Shown here in pieces: positions 28,101 through 40,645 of a stretch of DNA of 64,000 nt (position 1 is its first letter; every line of letters begins with the position of its first letter). The position numbers and the translations under genes were made by a program. The stretch is from Neocallimastix sp. 'constans' (Eukaryota). Location of the stretch: the NCBI GenBank assembly GCA_050613775.1, contig JBODTK010000013.1, positions 372,001 through 436,000 on the forward strand, written 5' to 3'. The notes beneath the pieces are model-generated. The model searched no databases. It worked only from the letters and a program-made list of their open reading frames with translations, and was not told the DNA's origin.

Positions 28101-29785
28101 TTTTTAAGTTTTGAATAACTACAAATAGGGCACTTTGAGTTTATGTTGATTTTTAAAATTTTATTTTTGATACTATTGATATTAAAATGGGCAAAACGAC
28201 GATGCCATAAATTTAGTTTATCAATTGATTTCAAATGTGTATAATTGATTTCAACCAAATTATTATTATGTTGGTTGTTTTGAAAATTTAATGGTTGAGT
28301 TGAAATCCAAAATTTAAATGTATTAGATTGGTTCGATTTAATTGATAATATTCTTTGATTGTGTTCGTCATAAATTAGTGCATATGATTTATTATTAGTA
28401 TTATTGAAAATTATTTTGTATCCTTGTTGTGTAAGATTTCCAATTGATAATAAATTTTTATTTATTTTTGGTGAGTAATAAACATTCTTAATGATTATTT
28501 TGTGATTACTAATGTATCCTATGAGATCTCCTTTAAATTGTGTTGATATAACTTGATTATTAGCTAAATAAACTTTGTCATTGCACTTTTGAATATTATG
28601 TAATTTATTTAAATGACCAGTAATATTTATTGATGCGCCGGAGTCCAATATCCAACACATCATTTCCTTTTGTTTATTTTCTTCGTTTTGTTTATTTATT
28701 TCGGCAAAATTAATATCAAGGTTTTCTTGAGAATTGTAATCCTTGGTAAAAGCATCGGCATAGCTTGTATCGTACCTTTCTTTTCCCATGAAATTTGCAT
28801 AATTTCTACGTTTATTAAATTTTCTTTTAAAATTATTTCTTCTTCTTTTGAAAATTTTTCTTCTTTTGTTATTATTTTTATCATCTCTTCTAATTTTACA
28901 GTCATAAAAGAAATGGCCCCATTTACCACAGTAATTACATCTACCATTTTTGGTCTTTTTAGTAGATGTTTTTATTTTAGTAAGTTTTTTCTTATTTGTA
29001 TTAATGTTAGTATTATTTTCTATTGAAAATATATTTTTATTATTTTGATTATTTGTTAAGGATTCTTTTAGGTTTGAAGAGATTATTTCAGGCAATACAT
29101 CCTTAACATATTCACTGCATTTATTCCAATCATTTTTAAATTGAAACACATTAATCCAACGGAGTTCTTCTGGGAGGCTTCTGTTAAGGATGCCTACTTT
29201 AACACTTGATTCAATGTCATTATCTATTTTCTCGAGTTCATCAAGTGTGTTCTGTAGTTCAGCAATAAATATATTAATGTCCACTTCTGGGTTATACTTC
29301 AAATTATCGAGTTTGGTTTTAAGTTCTAATTTACGCGTGTTGATGTTTTTGGTAAAAGATCTTTTTAGAATCTTCCACAATTCAAAGGCGGTTTTATTTG
29401 ATCCTTGCACAATGTCTTGTGTTTTTTCTCCAATACTGTTTAGGACGATCCATTTTGTTGTGATATCGTTATTGATATCAACTACATTGGTGTTTTTGTC
29501 ATACACCAATGTGTCATCAAATTCATCTTCGATATACTTAGATAGGTCATCTTGTATATCTCTCTTCCTTAATTTCTTAACTTTTTCTTTGGTGATATAG
29601 CCAACTAGGTTGTTAATTGATAATAGATGAAGGATTTTGGTTCTCCATCTATTATAGTTTTCAGTATTTAATTCAACTACTCTGTTAAAATTTTCAGAGT
29701 AGTTAAATTTAATTGTTGGCCTGATGTCAATGGGTTCTTCAATGGTAATTACTTCATTTCTATTGTTTCTTCTTGTGTTAGCCAT
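25118..29785 (-). CDS. Copia gag-pol polyprotein, 1555 aa
   Basis: CNYCGKWGHFFYDC knuckle, DSGA protease, HHCC and DDE integrase (HMDL, TDNGTEF, NGRIER), Asn-rich linker, YVDD RT and RNaseH. Confidence 0.97.
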   Translation of the reverse strand: MANTRRNNRNEVITIEEPIDIRPTIKFNYSENFNRVVELNTENYNRWRTKILHLLSINNLVGYITKEKVKKLRKRDIQDDLSKYIEDEFDDTLVYDKNTNVVDINNDITTKWIVLNSIGEKTQDIVQGSNKTAFELWKILKRSFTKNINTRKLELKTKLDNLKYNPEVDINIFIAELQNTLDELEKIDNDIESSVKVGILNRSLPEELRWINVFQFKNDWNKCSEYVKDVLPEIISSNLKESLTNNQNNKNIFSIENNTNINTNKKKLTKIKTSTKKTKNGRCNYCGKWGHFFYDCKIRRDDKNNNKRRKIFKRRRNNFKRKFNKRRNYANFMGKERYDTSYADAFTKDYNSQENLDINFAEINKQNEENKQKEMMCWILDSGASINITGHLNKLHNIQKCNDKVYLANNQVISTQFKGDLIGYISNHKIIIKNVYYSPKINKNLLSIGNLTQQGYKIIFNNTNNKSYALIYDEHNQRILSIKSNQSNTFKFWISTQPLNFQNNQHNNNLVEINYTHLKSIDKLNLWHRRFAHFNINSIKNKILKININSKCPICSYSKLKNKPFKSSHNRAKNIFQLIHMDLIGPIQNSIYDNKYILTILDDHSRFGWTLFMKSKSETFYHFLNWFNKIKNQFNKRIQYIRTDNGTEFNNKNFKQFCIDFGIQHQFTVPYHPQQNGRIERFNGIIINSAKSMLNDAKLSLQFWEDAVSTSNYIHNRIPHKGINNKIPYELLTNNKVDYSNIRVFGCKVFYYIPKLFRTKFQNNSSPGIFLGYVDNPTAHKILDITNNKIIISRNVEFFEFTPGNSHLSHCDNDISNFIPNNIIRRNDNTYFYDNTYDINHGKDFNNTNINNPYYQYNNNKSNNIKILDNNTQINENNIPSKNIQIKNKRTYNKRRNNNNNNTKNINNNQNKDYNNNIESQDNNIDNNDNNNNNNTSNNKINNNDNTNSNNNTTNSNNNKINNNINKNDNMITVNNKNNHNNSNIDRYNSNNNKDNNNEQRIINNLTNNKLFNIESSIHLGKRNRNENFILNSNNKKQKSLKELREPNNYDDIFNLNDKNEWLKSVDNELDNMRNLKVYETIDKIPKNANLISSRWIFKFKRNSNGEIIKRKSRLVAKGFTQEYGIDYKETFAPTLKQDSIRIFTAIATQNNFEINQIDITAAYLNAELNEDLYMKPPKGHEDYNKKFWKLKKAIYGLKQSGAKWNDKLNGYLIKIGYKRLISEPCLYVKFNKGKLLNMLAIYVDDILISGSKKTIESVKLLIEKKFKMKDIGNVDYIIGIKFIEHKNGYFLHQHRYIDELLSKFNMKNCTPLRIMTPIENEDLRKVKVDETKYRSIIGNLLYLSICTRPDIIFSVSKAARRAKEPNMEDWNNVMRILRYLKGTKKYGINFTNNPNVKAYVDSDYGGDLETSRSTTGFLITFGGAPTSWCSKLQKSISTSTAESEYYSLSECGKQCIWYLNLFEELNLNIKNIEVNVDNKAAIYNATNQTINPKTKHVDIRVHYIREIVKENKIYLKYIKSENNLADGFTKYLNGTLMDKFRNSLLTKIDDLYFI

Positions 29786-30307
29786 TGTGGAGAATTTTAA
29801 ATTAATTTATTTTTTAATAATTTATTAATATTTTATATTATGCGAATATTTTTTTTTTAAAATTTTAAAGAATAATTGATGAGGGATACGTTGTATGTCT
29901 GGATTGTTTATTTATACATATTCAATATATTGATTAAAACCTTATTCTATTTTCATTAAATAAATGTAAATTGAAATATATATTGTTTAATATTTCCTTG
30001 ATAATTTATAATGAACTTTAATAATATATATTTTTGATAATTGGTTAAGTTATATTTATTACTTAATAAAAAAAGGTTATAAAATAATATATTTCAGAAT
30101 TATGATTGGTTTCTATTTTTATCTTATTTTTTAATGTAATATTTTTCATTATGCTATTTGAAATTAATTTAATTAAACATTTATATTATTGGTTTTTTAT
30201 GTTTGAAAAAGGTATTTATACTTGATTTACATTTATTAATATTGGAATTAAAAATATATATGTTTTTTTTTTTTTTTTTAATTTTATTATTAATAATTGA
30301 CAATAAT

Positions 30308-30635
30308 ATTTTCAGTTCAAATTAATTATTTGACTGACCATATGATTTTCAGTTCAAATTAATTATTTGACTGACTATGTCATTTTTCAGTTCATATTAT
30401 AATTTGACTGACTATACTATTTTTACAGTTCAAATTAATTATTTGACTGACCATATGATTTTCAGTTCAAATTATAATTGACTGACTATTTTATTATTTT
30501 ATTTTATTATTAATTTTTTTTTTTTTTTTATTTTATTTCAATATAAAATTTTATTGATAATACTAATTTTCAGTTCAAATTATAATTGACTGACTATATT
30601 ATTTTTTCAGTTCGAATTATAATTTGACTGACTAT
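30308..30635. repeat. Leader hairpin array, family A (about 40-bp CAGTTCAAAT..ATTTGACTGAC units)
   Basis: About 7 units. Also present at about 1-40, 40240-40382 and 58080-58395. Confidence 0.9.
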
Positions 30636-30710
30636 AATATATATGTATATTTTTATATACAATGAATGAATAATGATATTATTAAATTGTATTAATCCCT
30701 CATTAATTTA

Positions 30711-30753
<43 letters not shown>

Positions 30754-30977
30754 TTTTGATAATATATTTTGATTTAATTATTATGAAAATAACAAAGTTA
30801 ATTATGTAGATTCATAATTAATTAAATTATTTCTTTGATAATTCAAAATTAGATGTTATTATTGATAAATATAAAAATGATTTTTAATATTAAAAATAAG
30901 AAAGCGTTAGTTCAATTTATTTATAAGATGAATATATTTATATATTAATTATGTAAATTATAACTTAACTTATGGTT

Positions 30978-31007
30978 AAGCTCAGTTGTAGACTGAGACT
31001 CTTAATC
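30978..31007 (-). promoter_or_regulatory. Extended PBS complementary to the 5' half of tRNA-Lys(CUU)
   Basis: The + strand reads AAGCTCAGTTGTAGACTGAGACTCTTAATC and abuts the LTR. TGAGACTCTTAATC is the anticodon arm of eukaryotic tRNA-Lys(CUU). Confidence 0.88.
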
Positions 31008-31250
31008 TATTAAACACCAAAAACAAATATTGAGAAAATTAGATATATTTTTAGAATAGCATTTCATATATAATACTTAATATTTAATTTTATTTATCTT
31101 TATTTTTTATAATTACAAAAGTGTATATATTTTTAACAAGGTTACATTTTATTTCTTTTATAATTTTATTTAAATATAATAATATTCTGATTGGGTAAAA
31201 TATATTAAAGTCATTATTAAGTATTTATTTTTTTATATTCTAACAATATT

Positions 31251-31902
31251 TTATCATAAAAATATTAGTTATTTTATTTAAAATGAATTATGTATTTTAT
31301 AATGTATTATAAACTATAAATGTATCTAATCTATCATATTATTTAATCTCTATTTTTTAAAGGAAAAAAAAAATTTTTTTTTTAATTCCTATCCTATCAT
31401 TTTTTAATATTTTAATAATTAGAAAATCGATAATGTTTTTCCTAATAAATAGGTTTTCTTTAATTATACGATGATCAATATGATTAGAATATTGATCGAA
31501 AAACTATTTAAGTTTTTCTTCTAATCTTTTCCTAAATAGATTTTTGTTAAGATTAGAAAATAAATTTATTTACTCGATTGATTTTTTTTTAAAAAATCAA
31601 GAGTTATTATTTTAAGAAAATATAATAAATAATAACTAATAAAATAAATTTTTATTTATATATCAAAAAAAAGTTATTGATCATAAAACCTTTTTTTTAT
31701 TTTAAAAATATTTTCAACTACTATTCTACTATTGCTTGGTTATTGTTTATTATATTTACTTATAATAAACTCTACATAATTATTAAATATAATTTTAATT
31801 TTTTAATTTTTATTTTCTCAATTTTAATATTATGTAAAATTAATAATAAAATTGTAGATAATAGCTATATTAATTAATTTTAGTTTTAGTATAGCTATTA
31901 CA
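31251..31902. repeat. Diverged LTR remnant related to 11809-12814, interrupted by A2; boundaries approximate
   Basis: Shares CTAATCTTTTCCTA..TTGTTAAGATTAGAAAA and AAATCAAGAGTTATTATT blocks, and ends TATTACA. Confidence 0.6.
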
Positions 31903-32356
31903 TGTTAATACAGAACGAACAAATAATGCTAATTATGCTAGAATAATATAAATTATTCTAACCTTATAAATTATTCTATTCTATATAATTGGAATTTTCC
32001 AATATTCTTTAAATCTTATTAACTAGTGTCAAAAATATTATGTTAAGAAACACTCAAATAAGTTATAATAAATACAATAATAAATATATATGGATTAGTA
32101 GTTTTTAGAAAAATATTTTTTTATAATAGTATAAATTATTTTTATTCTCTTTTGTATAAGATATGATTTTTTTATAAAATAATAATTCCATGATTTTTAT
32201 ACTTTTTATTTTAAATATTAATACAAGTAATTGGTCATTATTTATATTAAAGATAGATTAATTAAATTAATCATTATTTTGACATTCCCCCAAAAATCTA
32301 GCTTCAAAAAAAAACTTTTTAAAAGATAAAAAAAATGAAGATAGATTTTAATATAA

Positions 32357-35300
32357 TTAATTAATTATTTTCGTTAATAAGGTATTTCTAAATTTGTCCA
32401 TTAAAGAGTTATTTAAGTATTTTGTAAAACCATCAGCAAGGTTGTCCTTTGATTTTATGTATTTTAATTTTATAATTTTCTTATTTACTAAATCCCTAAT
32501 ATGATGATACCTAATATCAATGTGTTTTGATTTCGGATTTATTGATTGATTTTCACTATTATATATTGTTGCTTTATTGTCTACGAAAATTGTTATTTCT
32601 TTGATATTTATGTTTAATTCGTTTAGTAAATTTTTGTACCATAATGAATGTTTTGCGCATTCACTTAAGCTATAATATTCAGCTTCTGTAGTTGAGGTGG
32701 AGACACAGTGCTGTAATTTGGAATACCAACTTGTTGGAGTGTCCCCCATTAACATGAGAAATCCAGAAGTTGATTTTCTTGTATTCGGATCGCCAGCAAA
32801 ATCGGCATCTACAAATATTTTTAAATTCATTCCCTTTTCTATTTTGATTCCATAATTTTTTGTATATTTGAGATATCTAACAATTTTTAAAACATTCATC
32901 CAATCTTCTAAGTTGGGATCTGTTGATTTTCTTGAAGCTCTACTAACAGCAAAAAGAATATCAGGACGGGTACAGATAGCTAAATATAGTAAACTTCCTA
33001 TTGCACTTCGGTATTTTGTTTCATTGAATTTCTTGGTTCTTAGATTTGGATTTACTAATGGCATAAGATTTTTTACTGGTGTTAAGTTGCTAATATCGAA
33101 TTTATTTAAAATGTCATTTATATATCTACCTTGATGTAAAATGTAACCATTTAAAGTTTTGGTAAATTTTATTCCAATTACAAATTCAACATCCCCAATA
33201 TCCTTTATATTGAACTTCCTTTGAATAGATTGTTTTACTTTATTTATTTCTTGATTTGTTCCTGCAATGAGAATGTCATCAACGTATACTGAGAGAATAC
33301 AAACTATTTCCTTCCCATTGTTTAATTTAATATAAACACATGGCTCACTTTTTATTCTATTGAAACCTATTTTTATCAATTCTTCATTGAGTTTATCATT
33401 CCATTCTTTACCAGCTTGTTTTAAGCCGTAAAGAGCTTTGTGAAGTTCCCAAAAAGATTTTCCGTAAGATGGATGACCCTCTGGTGCTTTCATGTATATA
33501 TGCTCATTTAATGGTGCATTTAAATAAGCTGAATTGATGTCTATTTGAACAATATTGAAATTTTTTCTGAACCGCGATAACTGTAATGATTCGAACTGTA
33601 TCCTGTTTTAGTGTTGGTGCAAATGTTTCTTTGTAGTCGATACCGTACTGTTGAGTGTATCCTTTTGCAACTAATCTTGCCTTTCTTTTAATAACATTTC
33701 CGTTTGCATCTCATTTATACTTAAATACCCATCGTGATGATATTACGTTGGATCCTGATGGTACTGTTTTAACAATTTTATAAACATCAAGATTTTTCAT
33801 GATTTCTAATTCTTTCTTGATTGCGTTTAGCCATTCTATTTTATCTTTAAATTTGAATATATCCTTGAAGTTATATGGTTCAATTAATGTATTTTCATTA
33901 ATTTTCATGTCTGATTCATCTGTGTTGTTTATTTTTTTTCTTTTATTTGAATTAATTGTAAAATTGTTTAAATTCCTTTTTGAATTTTTAGGATGTTGAT
34001 AGTTTTGATTTTTCTCTTTATTTGTGTTATATTTATTATTAATGTTGTTAATTTCTTGTTGGTTTTCTGTTGATATTTTGTTGTTATCATTTTCAGTCGT
34101 ATTTTTAATTTCATTATTAATATTGATTGAATTATTATTGAAATTGTGATCATTTGAATTTAACAATTCCTGATTAAAAGTATTGTTACTATTATTGATT
34201 GAATTATTGTCAATAGTATTGCTGTTATTTTCATTATTATTATTTTGATTACTGTTATTAATGATAATTTTTTTATTATTATTTTGATAATTGGGATAAT
34301 ATTTACGACTAATTCTATTTGTTTTAGAGGATTTATTTTTGGATTGATTTTTAATATTTTTATTCTGGTTAATATTTCTATTCTGGTTAAAATTTGTTGT
34401 AGCATTTCTTTCATTGATAATATCTGTTATTTTATTATTATAATCATCAATTTCATTACGGTATCTAAGTCGGTTTAGACAGTTGCTCTCCCTGAATTTG
34501 TTATTGGAATGAATACGATTTAAAAAGGAATTTCCTGGTTCATTTTCCATAAATTCTACAGTGCGAGATTGGATGATTTTATTATTGATAACATCAAGAA
34601 TTTTGTAAGTGGAAGGATGATCGCCATATCCAAGAAAAATACCAGGATGTGAATTATTGTCAAATTTTGATCTTAGTTCCTTTGGCACAAAGAAATAGAC
34701 TCTACATCTGAATACTCTAAATGTATTGTAAACTACAGGCTTATTATAAAATACTTCAAATGGAATTTTGTTTTGAATGCCTTGATGGGGAAGTCGATTA
34801 TGAATATAGTTTGCAGTATCAACAGCAAACTCCCAAAAATCATGACTGAGTTTAGCGTCGTTAAGAAGTGATTTTGAAGAAGCAATGAGTATACCATTAA
34901 ATCTTTCAGCCCTTCCATTTTGAGAAGGGTTATAAGGAACTGAAAACTGATGATGAATTCCATTTTCTTCACAGAAAATTTGAAATTTACTATTTTGAAA
35001 TTCCTTCCCATTATCAGATCGAATTGCTTTGATATTTATATTTAATGAATTATAAATTTTATTATACCAAATGATAAATTTGTTAAATACATCATTTTTA
35101 TTTTCAGTGAAGATGACCCATCCATATCTAGAGTAGTCATCTAAAATTGTAAGGAAATACTTATTGTTATTTATTGAAGGATTAACAGGTCCTACAAGAT
35201 CTAGATGTATTAATTCTAAAATTTGTTTAGTCTTATTGGTAGATGGTTTAAATGACTTATTTTTTAATTTGGAATTAATACATACTGGGCATTTTAATTT

Positions 35301-36955
35301 TAGATTGATATTACTTAATTTATTTTTTATTTTAGAAATATCATAATGACCTAGGCGTCTATGCCAAAGGTCTATTACTTGTTGGTTATTTGATACTGTA
35401 TAATTGATTTCGTTATGTTTTGTTGAATTTAAATTTGTTTGGTGTTTGGAAGTGAAAATTTGATATGTATTTTTATCATTAGATAAAGATTTATAAATTC
35501 TATTTCAATTATTATCATAAATTAATGCTTGTGGGGAGTTGTCATAATTATTGAATATTACTTTATAATTTTGAGAAATTAATTGATTGATTGAAATTAA
35601 GTTTCTCTTAATATATCGTGAATAATAAACATTTTTTAAAATGAATTTGTTGTTGTTAATGAATCCTACAAAATCGCCACAAAATTCAGATAATACTTCT
35701 TTACCATTCGCTAGTAAAATTTTTGTTTTACATTTTTTAATGTTAGTAAGAAATTTTATGTCATTAATAGTACTGATTGAAGCACCTGAATCTAAAATCC
35801 AAACTATGAAGTTATTATTATATATATTACTATTTTCGTGATTTTTATTATTTATTCTTTCTAAACAATTAATTTCGATTGCATTGTCAGAGTTATAATC
35901 TTTAGAAAAATCTTCTAAGTAGTCGTCTTTATAGTTGTTGTAATTGCTTATTGAATATAAATGCTTGTTATTAATTTTACTTTTATTATATTTTTTGTTC
36001 AATTTTCTTCGAATTTTCATTGATTTATTTTCATTGTTTTGATTCAAGAGCTTATTTCTTTTATACTTATAACATTCCTTTTTGTAGTGGCCGTATTTTC
36101 CACATAAGAAACATTTTCCATTTTTTCTTCTTCTTATTTTTAAATGCTTATTATTTTGTTTATTTTTGTTTTCAGTTTGTAAATTAAAAATATTTTTTGC
36201 GTTTTCTTCTTGAAGTTTTCTTTCCTTGATGTTCGAGAAAAGAATATCTGGTATTATTCTTTTTACGTAATTGCAACATTTTATCCATTCATTATTGTAC
36301 TGGAAAACATTTATCCACCTTAGATTTTCAGGTAAGGCTCTATTCAGAATCCCTACCTTTACACTATCACTCATGTCTGTATCAATGATTTCCAATTCAT
36401 CGATCATATTTTGAAGTGTTGCAAGGAAGATACGTATGTCATCATCTGTGGTAAATTTCAATCTGTTTAATTTATTTCGTAATAGCATTTTTTGATGCTC
36501 TTCTCCTAAAGTAAAGGAATCTTGAAGGAAGTTCCACATTTCGAAGGCGGTCTTACTATGGCTTTTTATTATTTCTTTCGTTTTCTTTCCCAGGCTATTA
36601 TTAATTATCCATTTGACCATGATGTCATTCTTGATATCTGTTTGGTTTGTCCCAATATCGTAAACAAGAGAATTATTAAATTTATCTTTAATGTACTTAT
36701 CTAAATCTTCTTTAATATCCTTCTTTCTCAATTTTTTACTTTTGGTAAACTAACGTATTCATCTAGATTATTGATGATTAAGAGGTCCAATACGTTAGTT
36801 TTCCAATCTTGGAAGTTTTCAACCGTTAATTCGGTAACATGATTGAAATTCTCGGAGTAATTGAAAGAGATTCCTTTAGCGAAGAAATTACTTTCTGATT
36901 CGGGAATTTCGATGATTTGGTTTCTGGAGTTACTTCTTGAATTGTTTCTGCTCAT
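32357..36955 (-). pseudogene. Copia polyprotein family C with a few frameshifts and stops
   Basis: CFLCGKYGHYKKEC, WILDSGAS, YVDD and KSKHIDIRYH spread over several ORFs. Confidence 0.93.
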
Positions 36956-37577
36956 TTTCTATTTTTTATTTTTACCTTCTTATTTTAATTAAAAGTATTT
37001 ATGTTTTATTATTTTCTTAATTTATTTTTTATTGCTTTTCTTTAATTTGTCTTTTATATATTTTTTATTTCTTTAGTTAGATTTTATTTTATTAAATTAA
37101 ATAATGTAAATTGTAATTAATTTTGATTGGTTCTATTTTTAGTGACAATTTATTATTAATCTATTTATATAGATTTTTTAATGATTAATATTTAAAAAAT
37201 TTAATTTAAAGATATTAATATACATTTTTTTTTAATATTGATGGAGGAATTAGTATAATTTTATTATTATTGAAACCTATCATTTTGATTCTTTTATTAA
37301 ATAATGTGAATGTGATTATGTTACTATTCCTTTTTTAATTAAGAATAAATTATTTTTATTAATGTTTATTATAAAGTATTGTATATATTTATATTACGAA
37401 CAATAGTATAAAGAGATTAATTTATTTATATTAAGTGTATTTAAAAATTTTTGTTATTGTTGTGAAAATGATTATATCATTAATTGTTCATATTTAATAT
37501 ATTATTATAATTTCATTTTAATTAAAATCTTTATTTTAATTATTTATTATATAATTGAATTTTTTATTATATTTTTC

Positions 37578-37884
37578 CCAGCTTATATAGCATAGCTGAC
37601 ATGTCATGTTCTTTTATTCTCAGCTTATATAGCATAGCTGACATGTTATGTTCTTTTATTCTCAGCTTATATAGCATAGCTGACATGTTATGTTCTTTTA
37701 TCCTCAGCTTATATAACATAGCTGACATGTTATGTTCTTTTATCCTCAGCTTATATAGTATAGCTGACATGTTATGTTCTTTTATTCTCAGCTTATATAA
37801 TATAGTTGATTTTTTGTTTCATTCTCAGCTTATATTCAATAGCTGATCTTTTATTTCATCCTCAGCTTATGTCTAATAGCTGAC
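37578..37884. repeat. 42-bp tandem hairpin array in the family C leader
   Basis: TCAGCTTATATAGCATAGCTGACATGTTATGTTCTTTTATTC about 5 times plus degenerate units. A shorter array lies at about 50810-50960. Confidence 0.93.
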
Positions 37885-38390
37885 CTTTTGTTTATTTTCA
37901 AATTCAATTATATTGATATTGGACTTCTTTGTACAATTATTTTAAATATTAAAGATTCCACTTTTATTTTAGTTTTATAATTTATAAATATTTATATATA
38001 TATATAAATAATTAAAAATTAATATTTAATAATAAATATATAAATTTCAAATTTATTTAATGTTAATTTTTATTTTAAAAAAAAATACTTAGCTTTTATA
38101 TGGATTAATCGGTTGAGATTGAGACTCTTAATCTGTCAAAAATATTATGTTAAGAAACACTCAAATAAGTTATAATAAACACAATAATAAATATATATGG
38201 ATTAGTAGTTTTTAGAAAAATATTTTTTTATAACAGTATAAATTATTTTTATTCTCTTTTGTATAAGATATTATTTTTTATAAAATAATAATTCCATGAT
38301 TTTTATACTTTTTATTTTAAATATTAATACAAGTAATTGGTCATTATTTATATTAAAGATAGATTAATTAAATTAATCATTATTTTGACA

Positions 38391-39480
38391 ATTTCTTTTT
38401 GCATAAATTTAAATTAATTATATAAAAATATTTTTAAATGTTTTATGATGTTGAATTTTACATAAAATTACAAATTTTTTTCTGTTGCAATTTATCCAAA
38501 TTTTCGTTTGTAAAAGATAATTCCTTAATATTGACCACCTCAATTGCAATAACAACAACTTCAATGTAAAACTTCATTTTTAAATAAGCATTTAATATTG
38601 AAAACTTTAATTTCATTTTCAATAACAGCTGTTGGGGATTGTGATATTCAAAGAGTTACTTATCTATTAATAATGGATAATGGGTAAATAAATATTAATT
38701 AGTTATAAATCTTTTTGTGGCTGCATTATAATTAAAAATATTATTAATAAAATAAATATTTTTGTTGAAGATTGAATAATCCAAATTTTTGTTTCCAAAA
38801 AGTGACAATTCTTATCGGTATCCGTATAGATCATCTTTGTTTTCAAAAGAGAGCTTCTTAACATTGACAATTTCAATATTCTTTCGTCAAAACCATCTTC
38901 TCCGGATCGGGTTATTTCAAAACTTTTATTTCCATTATTTAAGATCTTTTAAGAATTTATGTATTTATATGATTCTATTTTATTTACAATTTCTAAATTC
39001 TTTTCAATGTTTTTAATATGCTTTTATATTTATTCTATAATAATTATTTTTAATTTTATTATTTTTCAAATAATAAAAAAACAAATAGCGCTTCATTCTA
39101 AAAAATCAAATTTAACACTTCAATTTATCAAATGAAATTTATTCTGAATATCGAAATTGCATAACGTTGAAAATATGAACATCATTGAATTCTTAATTAT
39201 AAATAATTTCTTATAGCTTTAAAGATTAATTATCAAAATTTAAAAATATAATTGATTATATAAATTTTCATAATAATACTTTCAAAAAATATTGTAAATT
39301 CTAATTATCAATTATCAACAAGTAAATATTTCATTAAAGTTCATTTTTAAAATTTTTTTGCAAACCTATAAATAATAATTTTCGTTTTTTTTTTCTCTTT
39401 AACATGCATTTGATCCATTTGATTTGTTTTGTTAATTTAAATAGATATTATTAATTAAAGTTTAGTAATATAATTAATTA
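38391..39480 (-). repeat. Diverged inverted copy of about 46875-47922; decayed coding-like sequence of unknown type
   Basis: Colinear reverse-complement matches, e.g. AAGAAGCTCTCTTTTGAAA and GTCACTTTTTGGAAACAAAAATTTGGATTATTCAAT. Confidence 0.85.
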
Positions 39481-40474
39481 TGTCAAAATAATAATTAATT
39501 TAATTAATCTATTTTTAATATAAATAATTACCAATTACTTATATTAATATTTAAAATGAAAAGTATAAAAAAAATTATAAAATTATTATTTATAAAATAT
39601 ATCTTGTACTAAAAAAAATAAAAATTTAGAAATAAAAATTTTATACTGTTATAAATATGTTATAATAAAATACTTTCTTAGAAGAACTATTGATCCTGTT
39701 AAAAATATAAATATTAAATTTAATAATTATATTAATTTGAGGAGAAATAATATATATTTTAATATATTCATGTAAATTATGTGACCAATAATAGTATAAA
39801 GTCGCGTATTATGTTAACTATAAATAACATAAAATGTACATTATTATTTTTAATATGATTCTAATATTTTTAATATAATAAATATATTTTTATTTCTAAA
39901 AGATTAAGAGTCTCAGCCTACAGCTGAGCTCAACTAAAAGTTAAGTTATAATTTATATAATTATTATATACAAATACATTCATTTTATAAATAAATTGAA
40001 CTAACACTTTCTTATTTTTAATATTCAACATCATTTTTATTTTTATATTTATTAATAAAATTATATAACTCCGAGCAAAGAAATAATATAATTAATTATA
40101 ATCTTTATAATTAATTTTGCCATTTTCATAATAACAGAATTAAAATTTATTATCAGAAATAGTCTAAAATAAATTTATGAAGGATTAATATGATTTAATA
40201 ATATTATAATTCGATGTAAATAATATATATATGTTATACTCAGTCAAATAATTAATTTGAACTGAAAAATTATATGGTCAGTCAAATAATTAATTTGAAC
40301 TGAAAAATTATATGGTCAGTCAAATAATTAATTTGAACTGAAATATTATATGGTCAGTCAAATAATTAATTTGAACTGAAAATACTATTGTTAATTATTA
40401 ACAATCAAAATATATATATTTACATCATACAGTAAATTAAAACTATCACACAACAAAAAAAAAAAAAAAAATTT

Positions 40475-40645
40475 TAAAAGAATTACATGAACCAAAAAAT
40501 TATTACGATATCTTTAATTTAAATGATAAAAACGAATGATTAAAATCAGTCGATAATGAATACAACAACTCTACAATATGATAAATTTGAGAGTATATGA
40601 AACAATTGATAAAATCCCTAAGAACGAAAACTTAATATCATCAAT
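40475..40645 (+). pseudogene. Small family-A RT N-terminal fragment inside F
   Basis: KELHEPKNYYDIFNLNDKNE*LKSVDNE...VYETIDKIPKN. Confidence 0.85.

Larger units (their letters stand above)
24827..31245 (-). mobile_element. Ty1/Copia family A copy 2, intact
   Basis: 238-bp LTRs at 24827-25064 and 31008-31245 with no difference seen, ATATT TSD, PBS 30994-31007, PPT AGGAGGAA and a single ORF. Confidence 0.97.
32027..38390 (-). mobile_element. Ty1/Copia family C copy 1, full length, frameshifted
   Basis: LTRs at 32027-32284 and 38134-38390 (TGTCAAAA..TTTTGACA), PBS 38120-38133, PPT GGGGGAA. No matching TSD. Confidence 0.95.

Noticed and set aside
30978..31007. tRNA-Lys gene
   Set aside because: Only D-arm and anticodon-arm similarity is present, with no T arm or acceptor stem. 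Its position marks it as a PBS.
37567..37846. Repetitive 14-aa-period ORFs on both strands
   Set aside because: They arise from the 42-bp tandem repeat.
37578..37884. Palindromic 42-bp repeats as a CRISPR array
   Set aside because: There are no unique spacers and no cas genes, and they lie in a retrotransposon leader. The same applies to the other leader arrays.
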